From the NCBI RefSeq assembly GCF_032062105.1, contig NW_026932328.1, positions 372,001 through 436,000 of the forward strand: 64,000 nucleotides of DNA. Direction: 5' to 3'. Numbering within the stretch: position 1 is the stretch's first letter; each line of letters begins with the position of its first letter. The stretch comes from Saccostrea cucullata (Eukaryota). A model generated the notes under the pieces. The model made no database searches, was not told the DNA's origin, and saw nothing but the letters and a program-made list of their open reading frames with translations. The position numbers and the translations under genes are program-made. Positions 1-11,337 of this stretch are shown one piece after another.

Positions 1-117
1 TTGTAAAACAACCCTATACAGAAAATTATGACTCTCTCTCTCCTGCACTTAAAATAAAATTTTTGTTTGAAAATGACAATAAGTAAAGCAATATAAGTAG
101 TTTTTAAAAGTTTTTAC

Positions 118-2070
118 CAAATGGTATTTTGAGTCGATCTTGTTCTCTTCTAAAATGCTGATCAACAATCCACCTGGTGACATTTTCTGACTCCTCAGGA
201 AGGGGGATAACCACTTTTTGTTGAGATGATTTGACTTGTGTTGTCTGTGCAGGTGGGGGTGCAGGAGCTACCTCTGAAAATTACAGTTATGAACATATTA
301 TAAATGAAACCTAACAAACTCTTTAATGTACAGTGCACTCAATGCATTCCAAAAATCTCTCAAATGCTTAGTGATGTACATACACCAGCAACATACATAC
401 AGTCATGTATATTGCAAGGTGAAAGTTTACAATAACAATATCTACTTAATTTCCATGTAGAAAGCAAATTGCATTGAGAGACAAAAAACACATTTAGTTT
501 ATTTGAATACTTGTTATGGAGTGTATACTTGTAATTTACTTCCTTTGTGATTAGTACCTTGTTCAATCTGTTGGGCTTCCACTTCATCTGCAGGCTTTAG
601 AATGTCAACAATATTTATCTTTGGTTTAACACCTGTAAAACAACAGGAAACATTATCAAGCATATTCTCCCTGTTACCCTTCTGAAATAGCTGTTATACT
701 GAATCCTGTTTCTGACCTGGCTGAGATTTGACTTCCAGGTTGATCTGTACCATACCCTCTCCTTGTACACACTGGTCTACCAAACTCTTGCTTGTGTCCA
801 ACTGTAACAAAAGGAAATCTACACTTGGTAGAGGAATAACATTTCTAATTCTAAGTAAATTTACTATAATCCTTTTTTAATGACTACAACTACAAAATAT
901 CTTATATTTTCAAGTCTTCACTGGTTTCATATTCTACACTTGAAATTTCAAACATTTCTCATCTCTCTTGTCCACTAACTAGTCACTAAAAGTGGGTAAA
1001 AAGTAAGTAACATTTTTCCAATGATTGAGGTTACTTCGAACTAATTTCCATTCATTACAATGAAGTGTGTATATGCACCAGGTGTTACAAAATATGTACC
1101 TCTATTGTGTCCTGGAGATAGAACTGGTGGTCACTCAGAGTGCACTGTAATCTTAACTCTAACAGCTGTTTGAGGGTAGACAGAGGCTCTGCTATGTCCA
1201 TGTGCTGTATGATTAAATTTTGATATGATGGTGCTGCCTGTTGAGAATTGCTCTCTTCCTCATATACAATGCTAAAAAGGATAGATGTACATATATTGAG
1301 TGCAAATGCATAACAATGGAATCACTAAATGTTAAAAATAATTCATCTTCTAATTTGCAAAAATGCATGGAAAAAAATTCTCTATGAAGTAAAACAATAC
1401 CCTTCAGAAGAAACAACTTGTTCACTTGACTCTGGGATTTCGCTTGCAAAGTCTTGTGCAATGTGAACTTCTTGCACTTGAACATCTTGTGCAATCTCCT
1501 GTGTGGTTAGTTCCTGTGTTGTTTCACCTTCAGTGTCCAATCGGATTCTTTTAACAGCTGGCTCATCTGATATCTCCTGATCATCTGTTTGTGATGTTGC
1601 TATAAATATGCATGTATATTGCCTCATTTAAAAAATAAATAACCTTTACATGTAGGAGAAAAGTAGGTCAAACTTCATGGTCAAGGTTATGAGGTCTGAA
1701 AGAAAGGCCTTGTGACAAGGTATATATTTATTTGAATATCACTTACCACACATACTCGCCATTAAGTCAGTCCGCATATAAGTCAGTTGTATTTTTTCAG
1801 CTTATATTAGAGCGATTGACCCTCTAAAACACCAGTCATTCAATTACTCGCCTACAAGTCTGACAATGAGTTTGGTCCAAAAATTCAACTCCCAAAAAAA
1901 CGACTTATGGGCAAGTATATACAGTATAAAATATAAAGATGAATATGGAAATATCTTACTTCATAAATGATACAGGGAAGAGTTTAAAACAACCAGAAAT
2001 TGTACTTACTCATAGATAGATAGCCCTCTTCAGTCATGGTAACTGTTATTGTATCATCTCCATTCTCCAT
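118..2070 (-). CDS. GABPA: GA-binding protein alpha (ETS family), 5' part; gene continues off the left edge
   Basis: Frame-consistent GT-AG exons 2070-2010, 1599-1401, 1271-1100, 801-717, 632-558, 273-118. They translate to MENGDDTITVTMTEEG...QHMDIAEPLSTLKQLLELRLQCTLSDHQFYLQDTIELDTSKSLVDQCVQGEGMVQINLEVKSQPGVKPKINIVDILKP (GABPA N-terminal OST/ubiquitin-like domain) and ...NVTRWIVDQHFRREQDRLKIPF (start of the PNT/SAM domain). The ETS domain lies outside the window. Confidence 0.93.
1745..1926. mobile_element. Degenerate Tc1/mariner-type MITE in a GABPA intron
   Basis: Imperfect TIRs (ccacacatactcgccattaagtc ... gacttatgggcaagtatatacag) flanked by TA on both sides. Confidence 0.5.
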
Positions 2071-2530
2071 ATTCGCCAACCTTTAACTTTTATTCTAAAA
2101 TAAGAATTTTTCACACGTTAAATCCGGCTTAATTGATAAATGATAAGGGGAGTTCAAAACAGTCTATAACCAATAGATCTCACAAATTCTTTTTTTATAA
2201 TGTAGGGATATGTAAAACAAGCAGTCACTTCTGTACAATGTATTTACAGTTTACATTCCCGCTTGCATATTTTTTTTTTGCAATACTACCTAAATGACCT
2301 TCTCTGATGCTCTTAATACATAAGACTAAGAGGGAATTCCTGAACTGAACTGACAGTCCTTTACCAGCTTCAGCTAGAAGTGTTTTCATTCAAATAAAAT
2401 TTGAGGTACATGTAGATTGCTTATCTATTTATTTCTTGTGAAAAGCAAAAAAGGTTTTTTTTTCCCCCCTCATTGAACAGACTTTATAGTTTGGTTTAAA
2501 GAATTGAAATCATCAAGTTCATCCCTTAGC

Positions 2531-3622
2531 CAGTGATTCATTTTGCCCTGCGTATTGCGTAATTTACGCATTAAATTCATTAAATACCCATTGGTTTATG
2601 TCCAGTGCGTCCCGAATACGCATAAGTGATAACCCGCATAAAATAGAATTGAAGTTTCCAGTTTCTATTTTTATCGTTCATTCTATTTTTCGGAACTTAG
2701 CATACTTCATATTTCATTTGTCTTGTATAAATCATTTAAACAAAAGGCTTAAATATAAGATACGGTAAAATTACAAACACCTAAATGTTTAATATGTGTA
2801 ATTAACACGCGCTCAGCCGCTGACACAGTATACGAAAGCTGGTCATAAACCGTCCCGATTTTTAACAAAGAAAATATTAATAATCAAAGCAAATTATAAG
2901 GACAGTAAAAAATCAGTGATCTAATTGTAAAAACATTGCTTTGGAGTTGGTAGACAATTAATTGCCTGGAAAACATTGGCTTCCTTTCATTGGTACGTAG
3001 AGAGGGTGTTTAAGTTGCAGTAAATTTTCACTGGGTTATTTACAACCAAAAATATTTTTTTATTATTGTATTTCATTAAAAAAAAAAAAGACATTGCTTT
3101 GTCTGATTATTACAGAAGGAGTGAACGGTCTAAAAATAACATCGGTAATGGCGGCCTACACTGAGAGTCGGGGAGACAATAAACATGCAGCTCAAATTAA
3201 TTTTAACTTGCTTTTTCATGTCTTTATAGTATCAAAAGGTTATGAAAATGACATTTTTAACAAAAACAATAAATTCCGAAGTTTATATTAAAATATGGCG
3301 ATAAACAAAAGAAGTTACACATGTCTCTATAGGTAATATACTACGGTATGTAGTATGATAGCCATGTTTCACCTGAAAGAAAAACATATGAAAATCCCAT
3401 TTTCATGTAAAGTATGCGCTCCTTTCTTACAGAAATTTTATTTTAGGAAAAAAAGTGCTTATTATATTACGCCGAATACGGTAACTGAAGAAAAAAAACT
3501 TGGCTTGATATCACATTCATAGTTGTTAAAATTCTGACCCATTGATTTTGAGTTCTGACCCATTGCTTTCTGACAGAGGGGTACACTGTACCCATTCATT
3601 CAATTTTCAAAATGAATCACTG
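2531..3622. mobile_element. Non-autonomous DNA transposon, 15-bp TIR, 6-bp TSD (hAT-like termini)
   Basis: Perfect TIR CAGTGATTCATTTTG (2531-2545) / CAAAATGAATCACTG (3608-3622). Direct repeat CTTAGC at 2525-2530 and 3623-3628. No transposase ORF. Confidence 0.85.
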
Positions 3623-3665
3623 CTTAGCATATGCATAAATAAATCAACTCTTGAAGTCTTTTAAT

Positions 3666-3994
3666 TGTGACGGTAAGCTGGGTTCGATCGCCGGTGGCCA
3701 GATAGCTCAGTTGATAGAGCACCTGACTGGAGATTCAAGGGGCCCAGGATTGAATACTGGTCTGGTCCACTGCATTTTTCTCCTCTCCTGATATATTTGG
3801 TGCCGTGACCAAGATGAGTCTGGGTTGGGTCTTTGGGGGCTAAAGACCTTTAAGGAGGGAGGAAAGTAGTGGTCAGCTGGGTGAAATCGCCAGTGGCCAG
3901 ATAGCACAGTCGGTAGAGCACCTGACTGGAGATTCAGGGGGCCCGAGTTTGAGTCCTGGTCTGGTCCGCTGTATTTTTCTCCTCTCCCGTTACA
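3666..3994 (+). mobile_element. Miniature non-autonomous LTR retrotransposon (TRIM) with tRNA-derived LTRs (Ajax-like)
   Basis: LTR1 3666-3795 starts TGTGACGG and LTR2 3870-3994 ends CCGTTACA. PBS TGGTGCCGTGACCAAGAT (3798-3815) is complementary to the tRNA-His 3' end. Polypurine tract 3852-3869. Each LTR holds a tRNA-like unit with A and B boxes. Flanks TAAT/TGAT suggest a degenerate 4-bp TSD. Confidence 0.8.
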
Positions 3995-4499
3995 TGATAA
4001 AAATGGTATTATAAAGAACCCATTCAAGTATTTCCACTGATATTCAAAATCTATCCTAACATCTTTTTTCAAAACAAAAAATATATTCTACATCAGTCTC
4101 AAGATGTTTTCTTTCTCAACTTTCAATATATTTTTTATTAATTTTTAAACATGTGATAAAAAAAAAACGTCAACTGTTTAGAGAAGAAACATTTCCTCCA
4201 GTAAAGCATGGCAAGGCTCAAGTGCATCGACTAATTGAAAAATTAAATAAAACTAACAAAAAAAAAATTGGAGTAACTTTTCTTTTATTTCATCTAAAAT
4301 ACTAAACACATATTTCTAATCTTCTATTGGTCTGTTGTTTTCGCTTCATGCTTCATTTCATACACTCAAATATCGGTCATGACGGCAGACATCTTGGATT
4401 TCGAACTGAGATCCACTTAGCATTGGTAAATTTCTGTATTTTATAATTTTAAAGAAATAAACTCTTTTGTTTTCGACATGTTTGAAATGAGGAAATGAA

Positions 4500-4830
4500 T
4501 GTCTGCTCCTGAGACAACTTTGTAATCAAAACTTCCGGCTGGAGAAAGCACGCACAACATCCTGTTTGCAAGACCAATCATCCAAATGTGCTAGAAAGCG
4601 CGCTTCACAGATGGACGCGATGACTGCGAGTAAAATTTGAAATTATGGTAGTAATAATTCATTTCAAAGCCATACTTACAAATTAACAATAGTGTCCTCA
4701 TTCACTTATTGAAGAAAAACCAAGAACAAGCCGTTTATTTGACCGGAAATTTCTTGTGAACGGAAATGGCAGACAAAGCAGGATCTTCCTTTTACCAAGA
4801 ACACGTGACCTCTGCTTCGGTAGAGTTGAA
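4500..4830. promoter_or_regulatory. Putative bidirectional promoter GABPA(-)/ATP5PF(+)
   Basis: Locally CpG-richer segment between the divergent genes. ETS/GABP motifs ACTTCCGG (4531-4538), ACCGGAAAT (4742-4750) and CGGAAATGGC (4761-4770); E-box CACGTGAC (4802-4809). A minus-strand GTAAGT donor at 4679-4674 and a candidate plus-strand donor at 4820 suggest non-coding first exons. Confidence 0.65.
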
Positions 4831-5660
4831 CCAAATTTGTGAACCAATTTTGTAAAACGAAAAAATATAATCTTATTTATTACGAATATGAGAGAATCTT
4901 TATACTTTTCAAATAATTAAACTATTTCATATGACCAGACTTGCAATATACATGCATCACCTATTGGGGCTTGTCTTCCGGATTGTTATAGGACTTTTAA
5001 AATTAATAACCCCTACAAAAGGATCCTGTCCCAATTAAAAAATTAAATTAAGTGATTTCGATCCCCAAAAAATGTAAATAAAAATATCCAAATGAGAAGC
5101 AGATATTTTTCCACTGCTTTTTATGGCAGAAAAGAATAAATGTTGAGATTTTAACAACTCAATACAGATGTGAATAGAATGTAAACCTTCAATCAAACTC
5201 TTTATTCGACAAAAACATTAATATTTTGAAAATGCCATTTTTTGATTTGAATTACAATTGGAAAGGGTTCGGGTCTACAGGACATTGTATCAAAAAGGGT
5301 CAATAAAATTTAGATCCTGCATTCCAAGAGAGAAAGCAAGATGTGATTTGCGAAGAGATTGTAGCTGAATACATAGTTCTCGATACGCCTGAATTTAGCA
5401 AGAGTTATGCTTTACATAAGACTTTTTGAGCCAATGGTTCATTTTCAAAAGTTTTTAAAATACAATATGTCAATTCACCAACTTTTACTTAAAGTAAAAT
5501 ACGTGAAATTCTTATAAATTATTATTATCCCCAAACAAAAGAATAAGAAGTCATTAGGAACACATTCTGTTATATAAAAAAAAAGACTTTGAAAAGTTTT
5601 TGGGTTTTTTTTTAGGAAAATCTCATATATTTTTTTTAATAAGTTATGAAAAACGGAATC

Positions 5661-5753
5661 CACCCTGTTTCCCTGGCCTTCCCAGAATGCTGCACAAATA
5701 AAGGGCTACGTTTGCGCAGCATTATGGGAAGACCAGCCCAAGGAAACAAACTA
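5661..5753. mobile_element. Short palindromic (foldback) element with ~10-bp TSD
   Basis: Arms tgtttccctggccttcccagaatgctgcacaaa / tttgcgcagcattatgggaagaccag...ggaaaca. Flanks AAACGGAATC (5651-5660) and AAAAGGAATC (5754-5763), 1 mismatch. Confidence 0.6.
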
Positions 5754-6434
5754 AAAAGGAATCGTCTCATATTTGAATCGGGTTAGTTTTTGTTTTTCGT
5801 TTTGTGAAAAACTAATAGGAAAATTAACGTGACCTGTCTGCAAGGTGATCTCGATTGGAAAAAAGTCTACGGTATGTAGTGAGTTTAGTATATTTGAAAA
5901 ACAACTGTCATGAAATTAATTTTATTGTGTTTATGAAAGAGTTTGAGGCCATTGACATTTCCCTTTATAAACTGTATGAAACATACCAGACGTGAAAAAG
6001 CAATATAACATAATTTGTAGATATAGTCCGAGATTTCTCTGTCTTGCTTGTCAGTAGGTGTAACTTTGATTGAATATAAATATATTTTACATACTTATGT
6101 GTTACCTATAGGAAGAGCTTCGCTCTCACAGGCCCTTCGTGCCCATGAGAGGGCTACGCCCTCTCTAAATACCAGTAATGAGTATTAAAAGCAAGTATCA
6201 GTGACACCATGCAATGCTTGAAGTGAATCACTTCCAACTTGAACTGTTGAAGTGGAATGCTTGTATCAATTGATTAAATTCCAAACAAACAACTTTTCAA
6301 TTAAAAAAGGCACTTTTTTGTAGCAGGTCCAGGGTTTTATCATTTCAAGAAAATACTGATCACCATTCACAAAATATTTAAGTTGCAAAAACCTTACAGT
6401 TAAGGTCAATTGTATTTTCACTTATATACTTTGA

Positions 6435-6605
6435 GTCACCCTCATGGTGCAGTGGTTAGAGTTTTTCACTCTAGAGTCTCCCAGTACTAAGGAGTTGCTC
6501 CTTACTTGCGTGTTTGAATCCCACAGCAGAACAGTGTATGTGGAGACAATTCCTTCATATAAGACCGTATAAATCTAGGTCACATGTCACAGTAGAAGTT
6601 GGAAA
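6435..6605 (+). mobile_element. Degenerate tRNA-derived SINE
   Basis: A-box-like TGGTGCAGTGG and B-box-like GTTTGAATCCC. The core 'gaccgtataaatctaggtcacatgtcacagtag' is shared with the SINE copies at ~40.2 and ~41.0 kb. Confidence 0.55.
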
Positions 6606-6991
6606 CTTACTTTTCTACAATGTCTGTTAAATTAGTTTTACCTTGACCTTGTTCTAGGGAGAAGGCCAAAATAGACTTTGTCTGCTGCCCTATCCAATTC
6701 ACCTTTTATGAAGAAAATTATGTATAAAAATTATTTATAAATAATTTTAGTCTTTCTTGATCAAATTTATGCATATAATGTGTACAGATGTCATCATGAG
6801 GTATTATAGTACAGTTAATTAATCCAATAAATGATATCACCTCTATAGACTAAATAGAGTAGCAGGTATGAAAAATATCCATATTCTGAACCCAATTTTG
6901 CTAAATAGATTTTGTTAAGAGGATGAACATCATCATGGAAGTCAAATAAGCAAGTTTAATTTTATTTTTTGCATCCTTTTTCAAGGTCGAG

Positions 6992-9900
6992 ATGTTTGGG
7001 AGACATTTGACCATCACAGGGCCACGCCAGTTGAGGACCATTGCAGCTAGAAATCTTCACCTGACTGGGGCTTCTTACCAGGCCACTGATCCTATCCAAC
7101 AACTGTTTGTTACTAAAATTAGAGAGTATGCCAACAAGAAGAAACAGCTTAAGTAAGAATGGGCAGTTATCCCTTATTTATATCTGGTTGTTATGTTACA
7201 CATTTTTAACCATCTCAAAGACACTTGTTAGATTTGAAATTTGAAGGAGCTTTAGATATTTTTGAATACTGTTAAATCCAAGGTCACCAAATGTTTATGA
7301 AATAGTTTTGTATATGTTTTAACTCTTTAACTTTTAGTTCTTGTTTTTTTTTTTGTTTTTTTTTTTTGAATAAGAATAATTTGTTTAAAATGTCAATATT
7401 TGCATATCAAGGAAAAACAGAAATACCTTGGTAAGATCACTAAGAGTATACAGCTCAAGAAACATTATTTAAGTTGGTGATATGCTCAGAATACATCTGA
7501 TAACTGATCTATGGTTTCAATTCCTCCCCAAAAAGTCAAGGATACAAATGTATTTGATTTTGTTAATTCAGACATTACATATTAAATAGCTCATACTAAG
7601 CCTCATACTAGCAAATGGCAATACATTGTATTAAAACTCTCCATGTACCAGAAATCAATGTTAATATTGATCTCAAAGTTGCCTTAAAAGCATGTTATAT
7701 AGAGAGAGCATATGCAAAATAAATATACCGGTACATTTCTTGTGGAATAAACACAATTGCAAAATAGATATTTGTGGTATTTAATATCATGATATTGTTA
7801 CGTGAATATAACAGAATTTGAGAGGACACCTGTGTTGTGATATTATTGTTCTTTCTGTATCGTTACAGACCAGGAGAGGTGTTGGTAGATGCTTCACCTG
7901 AAGTAGTACAGAACTACAATGACAGTTTAAACAGAATCTATAAAATGTACAGCCTAACTAAAGCCAACGCAACCACTGTCCCTGAACTCCAATTTCAAGG
8001 TAAAATTATAGATGTGTTGGTGTCAGATGTCTTAATTAGCAATATGAAATTTAAAAAAAGATCCCATAAGGGACGTAACTCTTGTAAATGCTTATGGTGA
8101 TTGCCATGCTCTTTTAGGTATGCATTACTTTCTTCTCTCTTTTTATACGCCCGTCTTAAGACGGGACGTATTATGTTATAGGCTTCATGTCCGTCCGTCC
8201 GTCTGTCTGTCCACTCGTGTCCGGCTCATAACTTCAATACTAATAGGCCTAGGACTATCAAACTTTGTCAACTGGAACTTCTTGGGTAGACGGTGTGTCG
8301 CGCATAAAAAGTAGGTAGCATCTGACCTTTAATGAGGTGTGTATGACCAAATTGGAAAAATCCTGTCCGGCTCATAACTAGTAAACTATTAGACCTAGAA
8401 CTATCAAACTTGGCAAATGTATACATCTTGGGTAGAAGGTGTGTCGCGACCTATTTCAAGGTCACTGTGACCTTTAATTTAAGTGAAATTTAAAAAAAAA
8501 AATAAATCTTAAATATTTAATTTCATAATCCTAAAAAATGTAAAATTATAGTTGTATCCTTGTTAAAAAATGTTAAATCAAGTAAAAAACTTATTTTTTC
8601 ATCATATACTTTACAGCAATCTGTAAGAAATGTTAATGTTATAAGAGGAATGCAGTTTGTCCCATGGGCATAATTAACAAGCACTGGTCAAGAAGAATTT
8701 TGATAGCAGAAATGTGCATGTCAAATTAGAGAGAAATTAATGAGTTTATTGTAAGAGATATATAAGACCATCTCTGACCATGCAGCTGTTGTCTCTTGGG
8801 AGTTGGGCAAAAAGAAATGGCCTCATAGTTGCTTGTGTTAATTAAGAGTTCTTGATGGCTAGTTCAGATAAAGATCTTTCAATTAGTTATTTGGTGTAAT
8901 GTAATTAAAACAAATTGATGTTTTAAAATACAGTATATGATTAAAACTAAATTAATATTGTCTGATATAATAAAAACTAATTATACATATTTACATTGAA
9001 AAAAAAAATACATTTCAATTTTTTATGTATTTGCAACAAATTGCAGAGTGCCATGTCTTATAAAATTTTATAGTCTAAAGAATTTCTGTTTGATGTTTTT
9101 TAGACTGTAGCATTTTTAATCAATCATAAAATATGCAATAAAAAAAGCAGCATATGGATATTTATTTGGCTCTAACTCAGCCAGTTTAGAATTATATGAT
9201 GTATTATTTCTTATAATTATTGCCTACACTCTTAGACAAGTATGTACAATAAATATAATAAGGAATGGAAATTAGATCATTGAAATCAGTGTCAATCTTG
9301 TAATCTGGAACTTGGTAATCAAAGTTACCTGATTTTCTTGCACTCTAATTACCAATTTATGATCATTATTGAACAATATTTGACGGGCGTATCATGCTGT
9401 GGCGGGGCACTTTATAAAACATTTTATCACAGTGTTCTTGAAATCTTTTCTTCGCTGTCAGTCATTTGGACTGACTGCCATGTAAAGTTTGTCAGTCCAG
9501 ACAAATTTCTTTCAGTCCAAAAAAATCAATAAAAAGATGAAAACTGTATTTGAATTTAATTATCAATACAGTGTGTACCCAGCGCCAATAAACACTGCAC
9601 ACCTCATGCCGATTTGATCGTCGTGTAACAAATTTCCTTGAATTCTTGTGGGGTCCATTTCTTCATAAGTTTTTAATCTAGTTCGGTTTTCTCAGCTGGC
9701 TTACCTCAGCTCCGTCAACAAACTAGTTTACCAATCATAGTTTGGAACTTGCATTCGTTGAAGAAGCCATTACAAGAAAACAGAAAAGCGTTTGAAAGAT
9801 TACAATCGCTCAGTTATAGGGAATTTGTACAAAATTTGGTGGGATTGACGAAGTTCCTCTGTCAACACTTACCGGTCATTTGGACTGACATAGAACACAG

Positions 9901-10306
9901 AGTTATCGGTCCTTGGTCGTTTTTATCGGTTTTGCCGACAGGACCGAAAGATTTCAAGTACTCTGTTATCAATGACAATTGTTCTGATCGAAATGCTGAT
10001 TGCTGCATACTTACCGTATATTCATAATGCTTCTTGGCATAATAAGAAATTATTTATAAAGCAATACATGTGTACTTCACTGGCTCTCATTTTTCACGGT
10101 TTCATGAATTTATTATTTCAGATAAAGCAGTCCAAGTTATTGAGCTTGATAGCGTAAGTATGGACAATTTCACGCCAGAATTTCCGGAGGATAAGATAGA
10201 TCTTTCTGCAGAGAACCCCAAGGTTGGTGACCTCCACATGCGAGTGCTAGGCTTTGATCCCGAGAGAAATGCTCCAGACGATGTACCCTCAAAGATTGCA
10301 GTGTGA
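6992..10306 (+). CDS. ATP5PF: ATP synthase peripheral stalk subunit F6 (coupling factor 6), 158 aa
   Basis: Exons 6992-7152, 7869-7999 and 10122-10306 are in frame. An Arg-rich mitochondrial presequence (MFGRHLTITGPRQLRTIAARNLHL) is followed by DPIQQLFVTKIREYANKKK...LVDASPEVVQNYNDSLNRIYKMY...PELQFQD, matching the F6 signature DPIQKLFVDKIREY...VDA...P.F.F.D. Confidence 0.92.
8141..9413 (+). mobile_element. Helentron-associated non-autonomous element (HINE/pearl/CvA type)
   Basis: 5' subTIR ATACGCCCGTC with a local inverted repeat (GACGGG), a (GTCC/GTCT)n microsatellite and short internal tandem repeats. 3' subTIR GACGGGCGTAT (9382-9392) is followed by a hairpin and T-rich flanks. Confidence 0.7.
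9430..9965. mobile_element. Non-autonomous DNA transposon with 6-bp TSD
   Basis: TIRs CAGTGTTCTTGAAATCTTT / AAAGATTTCAAGTACTCTG (2 mismatches). TTATCA is duplicated at 9424-9429 and 9966-9971. Confidence 0.8.
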
Positions 10307-11337
10307 ACTACAGACCATGTATAGGAAAACTTTGACATTAAATTCATAGAACTTTATATGGTGACTTGATTTGTGCTGAAATAAGTCTAATCAGATATTG
10401 TAAAGTATTGAGCTGTTGACAGATGTTGGTTATGAACATAGAGCAAAAATAAATCATTGGAATAAATTTCTTGCTTTTTAAATAATAGTGCCAAAGTCAC
10501 ATTGATTATTGCAAGATTTCCTGAAGTGTGAATTTTAATTTCCATCCATTACATGGGGATTGTACAGGTAGAGACGACAACTGAAAATTTTATACACATT
10601 GCAAATACTTCATTCTCAGGTATATCTATATTGAAATGATCAATATAGACTGGCATTGACCAGTGAATTATAATTTTGAGGATAGCAAGGATTCATGGAT
10701 AGATTGGACTCTCATTTCATAAAAAGAGATGTCATATAGCCTTACCTATTTGTAACACGTGTTTATATCGAAAACTTTATTCACCTATGTATGTCTGAAA
10801 TTCCTAATGCTAAAGCTTTGATGTTCAGCATCACTGTTTGACTGATATGGATTTCACTTCATAATTAAAAAATCAGAAATATCAATGGAAGTGTCATATT
10901 TCGTTATCTTTACTGGTCAAATGAACCCATACACATGCAAGTGCTACGTACATGTACTAAATCTCTTAAAATCTTGTTAGACTAGGTACATACAGAACAC
11001 CACATCAAGATGTACAAATTCATAGTATTGGAATGTTTGTTACACATAGAAAAAATCTGTGAAATGACTTAAAACTTTCTTAGCTACAGGTAGTCACTCT
11101 CTAAAAGACCACTGGTATTAGTTTGTGTACATCATCTAGAATTATCTCCCTTAACAAAGGACCAATGAAATTTAAAGTAGACCAAAAAAATAAAGAATAA
11201 GTCATTTTAATTGAGCACATAGAATTTAATTGGGACATTGTGAATTCAGTAAATTAAATACATGTATTGATCTATGATTTAAATTAAATGGAAGGTGATA
11301 CAATGGTATATTTTAGTCTGTTTCTTGACCTTCGTCA

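Noticed and set aside
3094-3291. 65-aa ORF with a good ATGGCG context
   Set aside because: Lies inside a non-autonomous transposon and shows no transposase motifs.
3696-3968. Two tRNA genes (Phe/Ser-like)
   Set aside because: 8-nt anticodon loop, degenerate T-loops, and both are embedded in an LTR-PBS-PPT-LTR structure, so they are treated as parts of a mobile element.
10102-10347. 81-aa antisense ORF over the last ATP5PF exon (similar shadows at 11560, 35512 and 36068)
   Set aside because: Shadow ORFs of real coding exons on the opposite strand.
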